Positions 41,947-64,000 of a stretch of DNA of 64,000 nucleotides are shown piece by piece; within the stretch, counting starts at the first letter, position 1, and each line of letters starts with the position of its first letter. The stretch is taken from positions 28,706,001 through 28,770,000 of the forward strand of contig OZ024754.1 in NCBI GenBank assembly GCA_964016885.1, written 5' to 3'. The notes under the pieces are model-generated. The model was given only the letters and a program-made list of their open reading frames with translations, made no database searches and had not been told where the DNA came from. A program made the position numbers and the translations under genes. Origin of the DNA: Eledone cirrhosa. Its lineage: Eukaryota.

Positions 41947-41966
41947 AGGAGGACTACATCATCTAG
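41947..41966 (+). CDS. Putative terminal coding exon 5 (K-EDYII*)
   Basis: Acceptor ttttattatcacag|. Phase 1 gives AAG GAG GAC TAC ATC ATC TAG. Confidence 0.55.
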
Positions 41967-42129
41967 CAAGGAAGGATGGTCTACTTTATTGCGAAGGGAG
42001 GTTGTGGCACACTACACGTGACACATGGCACACAGTACACGGCACATGTGCAATACGGAAGCAAACTCTTTCTTAGCCGGTCTTCTATCATTGTAATCAT
42101 TATCTACACCACCGCGACCATCACGTCAC

Positions 42130-43285
42130 TACCGTCATCATCACCACCACCATCACCATCACCACCACCATCACCATCACTATCACCATCACCACCACCA
42201 CCACCACCACCACTATCACCACCACCACCACCACCCTATCACCACTATCATCACCACCACCACCACTATCACCATCACCACTATCACCACCACCACCACC
42301 ACAACCACTATCACCACCACCACCACCACTATCATCACCACCACTATCACCACCACCACCACTATCACCACCACCACCACTACCACTATCACTATCATCA
42401 CCACCACTATCATCAATTCATTCATAAATTTTTTCCTTTCCTTTCACTTTCTGTCGTTCATGTTAAGTGTTGTTGTTGTTTAATTATTGTTATTATTGTT
42501 GTTGTTTCCTACAAGGTGTTGTTTTTTTTACTTTATATAATATATATATTTATTTTTTTAATTTCGATCTATTTGTGCCCCCTCCCCCCACTTCTACACA
42601 CTCCCCCACCCAGCCCAACCCACAATTCCTGGCTACCGTGAAACCACACCCACCTCAAACTTAAAACTTCTTACTTTATGTAATTATTTGTTTATTTGTG
42701 AGTTTGTTTTAACTTTTGCTAACGCAAGAATTGTATTGTACTCACCTCTTCCCACTCTGCTGTTGTTACTGGTGGTGGTGGTGATGGTGGTGATGATGAT
42801 GGTGGTGGTGTTGGTGATGATGATGTTGGTGGTGTTGGTGGTGGTGTTGGTGATGATGATGATGTTGGTGGTGTTGGTGATGATGATGATGTTGGTGGTG
42901 TTGGTGATGGTGTTGGTGATGATGATGATGGAGGTGGTGTTGGTGATGATGATGTTGGTGATGATGTTGGTGGTGATGATAATGTTGGTGATGATGATGA
43001 TGGTGGTGTTGGTGATGATGATGATGTTGGTGATGATGATGATGGAGGTGGTGTTGGTGATGATGATGTTGGTGGTGATGATGATGGTGGTGTTGGTGGT
43101 GATGATGATGTTGGTGGTGGTGATGATGGTGATGGTGGTGTTGGTGTTGGTGATGATGATGTTGGTGGTGATGATGATGGTGGTGTTGGTGGTGATGATG
43201 ATGTTGGTGGTGGTGATGATGATGATGGTGGTGTTGCTGGTGGTGGTGGTGTTGGTGTTGGTGGTGTTGGTGTTGTTGGTGGTTG
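42130..43285. repeat. (CAC/CAT)n tract 42130-42412 and oppositely oriented (GGT/GAT)n tract 42770-43285
   Basis: Direct reading. Confidence 0.9.
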
Positions 43286-43320
43286 TGACTTAACTACCGC
43301 ATTACACACTTCTACTTTAG

Positions 43321-43354
43321 TTACAACGGTGAAATATTTCTTTTCTCATCGGAA
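43321..43354 (-). CDS. Candidate terminal coding exon of a minus-strand gene (N-SDEKRNISPL*)
   Basis: Acceptor tgtttgtttcgtttag|. Phase 2 matches exon 47558-47665. Unique island between repeats. Confidence 0.4.
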
Positions 43355-43368
43355 CTAAACGAAACAAA

Positions 43369-46300
43369 CACCACCACTACCAACAACACCACCACCACCA
43401 ATAAAAACAACACCAACTCCACCACCAATAAAAACAACACCAACTCCACCACCAATAACACCACCACCACCAATAAAAACAACACCAACTCCACCACCAA
43501 TAACACCACCACTACCAACAACACCACCACCACCAATAAAAACAACACCAACTCCACCACCAATAACACCACCACTACCAACAACACCACCACCACCAAT
43601 AAAAACAACACCAACTCCACCACCAATAACACCACCACTACCAACAACACCACCACCATCAATAAAAACAACACCAACTCCACCACCAATAACACCACCA
43701 CCACTACCAACAACACCACCACCACCACCAATAAAAACAACACCAACTCCACCACCAATAACACCACCACTACCAACACCACCACCACCAATAAAAACAA
43801 CACCAACTCCACCACCAATGACACCACCACTACCAACACCACCACCACCACCAATAAAAACAACACCAACTCCACCACCACTACCAACAACACCACCACC
43901 ACCAATAAAAACAACACCAACTCCACCACCAATAACACCACCACTACCAACACCACCACCACCACCACCAATAAAAAGAACACCAACTCCACCACCAATA
44001 ACACCACCACTACCAACACCACCACCACCACCACCAATAAAAAGAACACCAACTCCACCACCAATAACACCACCACTACCAACACCACCACCACCACCAC
44101 CAATAAAAAGAACACCAACTCCACCACCAATAACACCACCACTACCAACACCACCACCACCACCACCAATAAAAACAACACCAACTCCACCACCAATAAC
44201 ACCACCACTACCAACACCACCACCACCACCACCAATAAAAAGAACACCAACTCCACCACCAATAACACCACCACTACCAACACCACCACCACCACCACCA
44301 ATAAAAAGAACACCAACTCCACCACCAATAACACCACCACTACCAACACCACCACCACCACCACCAATAAAAAGAACACCAACTCCACCACCAATAACAC
44401 CACCACTACCAACACCACCACCACCACCACCAATAAAAACAACACCAACTCCACCACCAATAACACCACCACTACCAACACCACCACCACCACCACCAAT
44501 AAAAAGAACACCAACTCCACCACCAATAACACCACCACTACCAACACCACCACCACCACCACCAATAAAAACAACACCAACTCCACCACCAATAACACCA
44601 CCACTACCAACACCACCACCACCACCACCAATAAAAAGAACACCAACTCCACCACCAATAACACCACCACTACCAACACCACCACCACCACCACCAATAA
44701 AAAGAACACCAACTCCACCACCAATAACACCACCACTACCAACACCACCACCACCACCACCAATAAAAAGAACACCAACTCCACCACCAATAACACCACC
44801 ACTACCAACACCACCACCACCACCACCAATAAAAAGAACACCAACTCCACCACCAATAACACCACCACTACCAACTCCACCACCAACTCCAACACCAACA
44901 ACAATAACACCACAAAAACTACCAACAACAATAAGTCCACAAACACCACCCACAACAACATCAACAGCGCCACCACCACCCACAACAACATCAACAGCGC
45001 CACCACCACCCACAACAACATCAACAGCGCCACCACCACTACTACCAACATCAACAGCGCCACCACCAATAACACCACCACTACCAACAACACCACCACC
45101 ACCAATAAAAACAACACCAACTCCACCACCAATAACACCACCACTACCAACAACACCACCACCACCAATAAAAACAACACCAACTCCACCACCAATAACA
45201 CCACCACTACCAACAACACCACCACCATCAATAAAAACAACACCAACTCCACCACCAATAACACCACCACCACTACCAACAACACCACCACCACCACCAA
45301 TAAAAACAACACCAACTCCACCACCAATAACACCACCACTACCAACACCACCACCACCAATAAAAACAACACCAACTCCACCACCAATGACACCACCACT
45401 ACCAACACCACCACCACCACCAATAAAAACAACACCAACTCCACCACCACTACCAACAACACCACCACCACCAATAAAAACAACACCAACTCCACCACCA
45501 ATAACACCACCACTACCAACACCACCACCACCACCACCACCAATAAAAAGAACACCAACTCCACCACCAATAACACCACCACTACCAACACCACCACCAC
45601 CACCACCAATAAAAAGAACACCAACTCCACCACCAATAACACCACCACTACCAACACCACCACCACCACCACCAATAAAAAGAACACCAACTCCACCACC
45701 AATAACACCACCACTACCAACACCACCACCACCACCACCAATAAAAACAACACCAACTCCACCACCAATAACACCACCACTACCAACACCACCACCACCA
45801 CCACCAATAAAAAGAACACCAACTCCACCACCAATAACACCACCACTACCAACACCACCACCACCAATAAAAAGAACACCAACTCCACCACCAATAACAC
45901 CACCACTACCAACACCACCACCACCACCACCAATAAAAAGAACACCAACTCCACCACCAATAACACCACCACTACCAACACCACCACCACCACCACCAAT
46001 AAAAACAACACCAACTCCACCACCAATAACACCACCACTACCAACACCACCACCACCACCACCAATAAAAAGAACACCAACTCCACCACCAATAACACCA
46101 CCACTACCAACACCACCACCACCACCACCACCACCAATAAAAACAACACCAACTCCACCACCAATAACACCACCACTACCAACACCACCACCACCACCAC
46201 CAATAAAAACAACACCAACTCCACCACCAATAACACCACCACTACCAACACCACCACCACCACCACCAATAAAAAGAACACCAACTCCACCACAATAACA

Positions 46301-47086
46301 CCACCACTACCAACACCACCACCACCACCACCAATAAAAAGAACACCAACTCCACCACCAATAACACCACCACTACCAACACCACCACCACCACCACCAA
46401 TAAAAAGAACACCAACTCCACCACCAATAACACCACCACTACCAACACCACCACCACCACCACCAATAAAAAGAACACCAACTCCCACCACCAATAACAC
46501 CACCACTACCAACACCACCACCACCACCACCAATAAAAAGAACACCAACTCCACCACCAATAACACCACCACTACCAACACCACCACCACCACCACCAAT
46601 AAAAACAACACCAACTCCACCACCAATAACACCACCACTACCAACACCACCACCACCACCACCAATAAAAAGAACACCAACTCCACCACCAATAACACCA
46701 CCACTACCAACACCACCACCACCACCACCAATAAAAAGAACACCAACTCCACCACCAATAACACCACCACTACCAACACCACCACCACCACCACCAATAA
46801 AAAGAACACCAACTCCACCACCAATAACACCACCACTACCAACTCCACCACCAACTCCAACACCAACAACAATAACACCACAAAAACTACCAACAACAAT
46901 AAGTCCACAAACACCACCCACAACAACATCAACAGCGCCACCACCACCCACAACAACATCAACAGCGCCACCACCACTACTACCAACATCAACAGCGCCA
47001 CCACCACTACTACCAACATCAACAGCGCCAACAACACCAACAACACTACTACCAACAACACCGCCACCACAACAACTACACCACCA
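43369..47086. repeat. CCA-based 66-bp minisatellite with a higher-order duplication
   Basis: Period 66 (43971 to 44037). The terminal cap sequence occurs at about 44880-45060 and again at about 46850-47030. Confidence 0.95.
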
Positions 47087-47094
47087 ATATTAAT

Positions 47095-49160
47095 GATTTC
47101 TTCTATAGGCACAAGGTCAGCAATGTTGTGGGAGGGGAACGTCGATTAAATCGACACCAGTGCATTACTGGTACTTTATTTTGTCGACCCAGGAAAGATG
47201 AAAGGTAAAGTCGACCTGGGCCAGACTTGAACCTAGACCGTATAGAGCCATAACTGTTTCTACTTTTGGCACAAGGCCAGCAATTACCCAGTGTATTACT
47301 GGTACTTTATTTTATCGACCCCGGAAAGGTGAAAGGCAAAGTTAACCTCGGCGGGATTTGAACTCAGATCACAAAGGGAGGTAACTCTATACTTCAAAGC
47401 ATGGCGCCCGACCCTCTACCGATACTGCCAATCCAGCGACTGCTAAGTATTTGTCAAACCAAGGGTCCCAATGTTTTGGGGGAGAAAAAAAAGAAAAGAA
47501 AATAAGAAACATAGCACAGACAAAAGATCGCGTGAAGGGGAAGGTGGGGACACCAACTTGGAGAAAGCTGTAGATATAACCATGTGAATAACTAATAGTA
47601 TTGACAGTAACACCAGACCATAACACGTGTTAAATAATAATTGTATCTTTATTGGCCACAGGGACCTACATATAGGGGACAATACAATGGAGATGGACAG
47701 TGTGTGGGGGGGGGGGGTACAAACAATCGTGTAAACAATATAAAACAATAACAATAAACAGTAAAATTACAAAAATACAAATATCCCAATAGGGGCGGGG
47801 AGGGGGACCATCCAGGGGCGACTTAGGAACCCCCACCAATAATCGAACCACCCGACACTCATAGAGCACCTCGTGGAGGACACTCCTCTCCAGTAATAAT
47901 TGTTTCTACTTTTGGCACAAGGCCAGCAATTACCCAGTACATTACTGGTACTTTATTTTATCGACCCCGTAAGGATGAAAGGCAAAGTTAACCTCTCCAG
48001 TAATAATAATCTCGAATTTCGGCAGAAAGGCGACAGTTTGTGGCGAGGGGTGGGAGACAAATCGATTACACTCGACCACATTATATTACTGGTACTTTAC
48101 TTTTTCGATACTTGAAGGAAGGAAAGTAAAGTTTACTCTGACAGGATTTGAACTCGGAACGCAAAGGGCCGTAACTAGGTGCCCCCCCCCCCCAAGAAAA
48201 TCCCAACAAATAATAGTTTCTGATTTAGGCGCAGGGCCAACAATTTTGGAGAAAGGAAAAGTCGATTATCGATCTCAGTGCATTACTGGTACTTTATTTT
48301 ATCGACCCCGTAAGAGCTAACCTCAGCGGGATTTGATTTCAGAACGTAAAGATGAGAATGAAATATTACAAAGAGCTTTGTAATGGGTCGTAACAAAATA
48401 CCGCAAAACACTGTGTCCAATCGATCTAACGATGTCGGTTTCTGATTTAAATACAAAAGCAGCAATTTTATGTGGGAGAGGAGAGTCGATATATCAAGCC
48501 CCGTATTTGACTGGTACTTTATTTTATCGACCTATTTTATCGAAAAACAATTTTGACCTCGGCGGGATTTGAACTGAGAACGTTACAGGAATAATACTAA
48601 TCGTCATTTCTAATTTAGGCACAAGGCTAGCAATTTTTGTGTGTAAAGGAGGGTTCTATCGATCTCCGGTACTTGATTGGAACTTTATTTTATGGATGTC
48701 TAATCAACCACAGTACTTTGCAGGTAGTTTATTTTATCAACCTCGGAAGGGTGGAAGGTAATATTGGCCTTAGCAGGATTTGAACTCAACAAAAGAATAT
48801 TAGTAATGGTGATATATAGGTACTGGATTGATATATTAAATAGTTCCTTTATATTTTATCCCCACAATGAAGAAACAGCTTCTCCCTTTTAGATAAGTGC
48901 CATGCATATTGTTGTCAGTAGTAGCAGTAGCATGTAACATGTTTTTTATCCAAAAAGAAAAAGAGGGGAAAAACTTTTTGTTTTCCCTCGTCATTATAAT
49001 GTACTGGGTAATTTCTGGCCTTGTGCCAATAGTAGAAACAATTATTATCATTTCCCGTCGAGGTTAACTTTGCCTTTCATCCTTACGGGGTCGATAAAAT
49101 AAAGTACCAGTAATGTACTGGGTAATTGTTGGCCTTGTGCCAAAAGTAAAACAATTATTA
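47095..49160. mobile_element. Cluster of many SINE family B copies and fragments (long and short subfamilies)
   Basis: Repeated ggcacaaggccagcaatt / actggtactttattttatcgac / gatttgaactc blocks. A 16-bp TSD lies at 47885-47900 and 47992-48007. Confidence 0.85.
47558..47665 (-). CDS. Candidate internal exon encoding a hydrophobic helix (SLWPIKIQLLFNTCYGLVLLSILLVIHMVISTAFS)
   Basis: Acceptor tgtcccctatatgtag|, donor CAA|GTTGGT, 108 nt, only the phase-2 frame is open. Confidence 0.4.
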
Positions 49161-49219
49161 TCATTAAATTAGTACAGATAGTAACACACGTGCATATATT
49201 TATACGTACATTAGGTACA

Positions 49220-49505
49220 TGCATGCATAAACAACATATACAAACATACATCCACGCATATATAAATAACATATACAAACATACATCCACGTATATATAA
49301 ATAACATATACAAACATACATCCACGTATATATAAATAACATATACAAACATACATCCACGTATATATAAATAACATCTACAAACATACATCCACGTATA
49401 TATAAATAACATATACAAACATACATCCACGTATATATAAATAACATATACAAACATACATCCACGCATGCATAAATAACATCTACAAACATACACCCAC
49501 GCATA
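49220..49505. repeat. 35-bp minisatellite, about 8 units
   Basis: Unit AAATAACATATACAAACATACATCCACGTATATAT. Confidence 0.93.
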
Positions 49506-49606
49506 CATACACACAGGTATACATACATACATACATACATATATATACCCCTCTGCACAAATTTATACAGACACATAAACAACTTTTAAAAAAGCATGAA
49601 CATAAT

Positions 49607-49795
49607 AAATGTTTCTACTTTTGGCACAAGGCCAGCAATTTCCCAGTGTATTACTGGTACTTTATTTTATCGACCCCGTAAGGATGAAAGGCAAAGCTAA
49701 CCTCGGCGGGATTTGAACTCAGAATGGCAAGGGCCGTAACTCTATGCGTCAAAGCATGGCATCCGACCCTCTACCGATACTGCCAACCCACCACC
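49607..49795 (-). mobile_element. Full-length young SINE family B with 10-bp TSD
   Basis: TGAACATAAT at 49597-49606 and 49796-49805. CpGs intact. Confidence 0.85.
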
Positions 49796-49986
49796 TGAAC
49801 ATAATGATAATAATGAAACCGATCAATTCATTCTTAGATTAAAGATATGGTAATATTGTGGGATGGAATAGGACAATAACAGATCAAAAGCTTACTTTCA
49901 ATCTCTTTAAAATAAAGGAGAGGCAACATTTCACACACTTTTATTTACGTTTGCATTTTAAATAATTTTTTTTTTCAATTACTTAC

Positions 49987-50101
49987 TGTAAACAACCAAG
50001 GGAATATAAAGTGTGCGTGTATACGAAACCGTATAGCCATGGGGTGGCTGATGAGGAGGGGAATAGATGCTTCTATCCGTTTGACTTTCGTATGATTTTC
50101 T
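49987..50101 (-). CDS. Candidate 115-nt exon, frame uncertain
   Basis: Consensus donor CA|GTAAGT at 49986 and acceptor aaacaaacag| after (TG)n. Two frames are open. Confidence 0.4.
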
Positions 50102-50409
50102 CTGTTTGTTTACACACACACAGACACACACACACACACACACACACATATAACCAATGTTGCACTGGAAAGAATCAAATATATATAATAAAAGTTGCAT
50201 TGGGAAATAAACAACAAAAACAAATATATAGGTATATATAAACATATGCATATATATATATATATATTTTTTTTTGGGGGGGGGGGGGGTGTCCAATAGT
50301 ACTTTTAAAATATATATGCATGTATTTGTGTGTGTGTAACCTTTCGTTATAGGTACGCCGCGGGAAAAGTCGATTTACCATGTCTATTATGGTGAAGATG
50401 CGTTGATAA

Positions 50410-50605
50410 AGTTTCTAACTGTTAAACGGCAGCCTTAATCCCTGAGTTCTGTAATCCTAACCCTTATAAACGGTAGCCTTAACCCCTTAATTGTTGTAAT
50501 CCCAATCCTAATAAACGGTAGCCTTAACCCTAAAGCGTTGAATTTCTAACCCTAATAAGGCGACAGACTTAGCCCCTAAAGTGCTGTAATTGTAACCCTA
50601 ATACG
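50410..50605. repeat. Degenerate about 45-bp tandem repeat with AACCCT(A) motifs
   Basis: taaacggtagccttaaccc..tgtaat..ctaaccctaa, about 4 times. Confidence 0.6.
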
Positions 50606-50732
50606 TATGTATAAATAGTAAATACGGTAAATCAGACGTGACATCGATTCGTCAATTCTATTGCGGCAGTCGTAGTGTTTTTAGTTTCGCTTTAGACATA
50701 CCAATAACGAATGAAAACTCTCTCTCTCGCTC

Positions 50733-61820
<11,088 letters not shown>

Positions 61821-62317
61821 GTTATACTTGGGGAGGGTCATATTTGTGTAATATTGCCAGAATTAATAACAGATCACACTGTTTGGTTGGTTTTCGCTTC
61901 TCGCTGTCTTTATATCCCTAATCTAACTTACTCGGTCCTCAATGTTGCCATTGACTGACCCGACGGTCAAAAATAATACAGATACAATATAAACACAAAC
62001 ACATATATATAGTTTATCATAAATCTTTCGTTGCACATCTGCAACATCGTCCTGTTGCACATCTGCAACATCCTCCTGTTGTGTTGTATGTCTACGCCAT
62101 TATTTTTTCTTGTATATATATATATGTATATATAATATATATATATATATAGTATTAGTTATACTATTTATGGTTATGTAAATACAAAACCTTAAGCAGT
62201 TGTAAGTATTTTACACACACCCTAAATAGTGGTAGGCAGTAATGTATTACTACCTTATTACCAGTAAGTTAAGTAGCTCAATGTAAAAAACATCACAACG
62301 GGATGCAAACCCTCTAA

Positions 62318-62908
62318 ATACCCACTGTAGCAAGCAACCATAGCAACGGCAGTAACAATAGAAATAACACTAGTATAAGTAATAACACCAGGGTTGTCAA
62401 CCAGAACACCCAAAATCCTATATCCACCACACAGACTTCCGCATTGCATTATAACCAGCGGACTAACGCACAGAATAATTGTAACTGTAGAGCTAATAGA
62501 ACCTGCCCTTTAGATAAAAAATGCCTAACCAAGGATGTCATATACTCATGCACAGTCACGACTAATAACTCTTCAGAAACCTATGTAGGCTCCACTTCTA
62601 ACTGCTTCAAAATCAGATATAACTCGCACATCCACTCGTTCAAAAAGCACAGCCTAGCCAACTCCACCTCACTTTCTAGCTACATACACTATCTAAAATC
62701 TAAAAATAAACCATACACACTCAAATGGGAAGTGATAGGCAGCGCGACCTCGTACAAACCACCTAATAAATTCTGTAACCTCTGTATACTAGAGACACAC
62801 AATATTATCTTCTCCAACCGTAACCTACTTAACAAAAAATCTGAGGTGTTTGCAACTTGCCAGCACCGCCTCAGACATTCCTTCCAAAACTTTAAGCCCT
62901 ATATATAG
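62318..62908 (+). mobile_element. Penelope-like retroelement fragment: Asn/Thr-rich linker, Cys knuckle and GIY-YIG endonuclease; 3' region runs to the gap
   Basis: CNCR..CPL...C, VIY...YVGST, FKIRYNSH, LKWEVI, CNLCILE, LLNKKSE...CQH. The frame is open from 62318, the TTG start in the track is not a real start, and no RT is visible. Confidence 0.88.
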
Positions 62909-63215
62909 CAATGTCGGACTGGAACCTAACACCACATCTAGCATCAAACACCAGAGACACACCCTATACTACATACCCAACACTAGCTGATCCATTATAA
63001 CACAAACAACGACATCCCCCTGGAACCCTTCGCAGGGAAAATACCCATTTATACCTCTACGGCAGGTGTGACAACATCCACCCACTTGAACGGCACTACA
63101 CCGCTCTAAGGGTAATTTGAGCATGAATTGATCGGTTGGATGGTGTTGGGCAGAGGAAACACCTTCCTTAGACAGATGTAAAATGATTTAATCGAGTAGC
63201 GCTGTTGACCAGTAG

Positions 63216-63415
63216 NNNNNNNNNNNNNNNNNNNNNNNNNNNNNNNNNNNNNNNNNNNNNNNNNNNNNNNNNNNNNNNNNNNNNNNNNNNNNNNNNNNNN
63301 NNNNNNNNNNNNNNNNNNNNNNNNNNNNNNNNNNNNNNNNNNNNNNNNNNNNNNNNNNNNNNNNNNNNNNNNNNNNNNNNNNNNNNNNNNNNNNNNNNNN
63401 NNNNNNNNNNNNNNN
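63216..63415. other. Assembly gap, 200 N
   Basis: Run of N. Confidence 1.
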
Positions 63416-63622
63416 GGTGATATCTATGTGTACGTGTGTTTGGATGGTATCTATGTGTGTAGGTGTGTTTGGTGATATCTATGTGTGTACGTGTGTTTGG
63501 TGATATGTCTGTGTGTACGTGTGTTTGGTGATATGTATGTGTGTACGTGTGTTTGGATGATATCTATGTGTGTAGATGTGTTTGGTGATATGTATGTGTG
63601 TACGTGTGTTTGGTGATATCTA
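63416..63622. repeat. About 28-bp minisatellite abutting the gap
   Basis: Unit approximately GGTGATATCTATGTGTGTACGTGTGTTT. Confidence 0.88.
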
Positions 63623-64000
63623 TGCATATATCTATATAAGCTGAAATTCTACACATGCACTTGTGTATACCGCTATCTGTGATTGCCAATATACATTTCA
63701 TGAGTGTGTGTATATATACATACATACATACATATATATATATATATACTTGTATGTATATATACATATAGTTGTATATATATGTATATATATATATATA
63801 TAGTTGTATATATATATATACACACACAATGATATACCCGTGTACGGTTATGTTTAGTTATATTATTACATCATTAATAATAAATACGGTGACAGTCGTT
63901 TATCTAAGAAACCATATTATGTCTTTATTTCAACTTAACAGCATTCATTTTCCACTTCTTACTTTTACTTTTTTTCTCAATATATTTGTTGTTTAAATAC

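Noticed and set aside
43321-47112. 1263-aa poly-Val/Leu, 826-aa extensin-like and Gly-rich ORFs
   Set aside because: Several frames on both strands are open because of the CCA triplet repeat. There is no signal peptide or credible start.
47790-47890. Minus-strand VLHEVLYECRVVR resembling a non-LTR C-terminal zinc knuckle
   Set aside because: Too short, with no flanking RT sequence to support it.
50001-50440. Plus-strand two-exon reading EYKVCVYTKPYSHG...FDF-R-TPREKSIYHVYYGEDALIKF
   Set aside because: Phase-compatible, but the acceptor is poor, the second part runs into a tandem repeat, and the minus strand has the stronger GTAAGT donor. Unresolved without RNA data.
50410-50605. Interstitial telomeric repeat
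   Set aside because: AACCCT motifs are isolated within a longer unit and are not tandem hexamers.

Overview
Eukaryotic, very AT-rich genomic DNA dominated by (TA)n microsatellites, tRNA-derived SINEs, MITEs and retroelement remnants. The repeat landscape resembles octopus/coleoid cephalopod DNA (inference). Almost all long ORFs in the supplied track are microsatellite artefacts. Clear coding content: an intronless class A neuropeptide GPCR of the myosuppressin/DMSR-like family (12568-13734, minus), a decayed 5'-truncated RTE-clade LINE with a PHD finger inside its RT (about 19185-20410), and a Penelope-like GIY-YIG endonuclease fragment (62318-62908). Manual reading also gave three things the ORF track misses: (i) a phase-consistent five-exon plus-strand gene model for a 97-aa unknown protein (36928-41966); (ii) weaker candidate exons of a convergent minus-strand gene (43321-50101); (iii) five minimal type-I hammerhead-ribozyme motifs with palindromic stem III of the Penelope-like type, plus a sixth degenerate core. 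All coordinates were counted by eye and no database searches were run.
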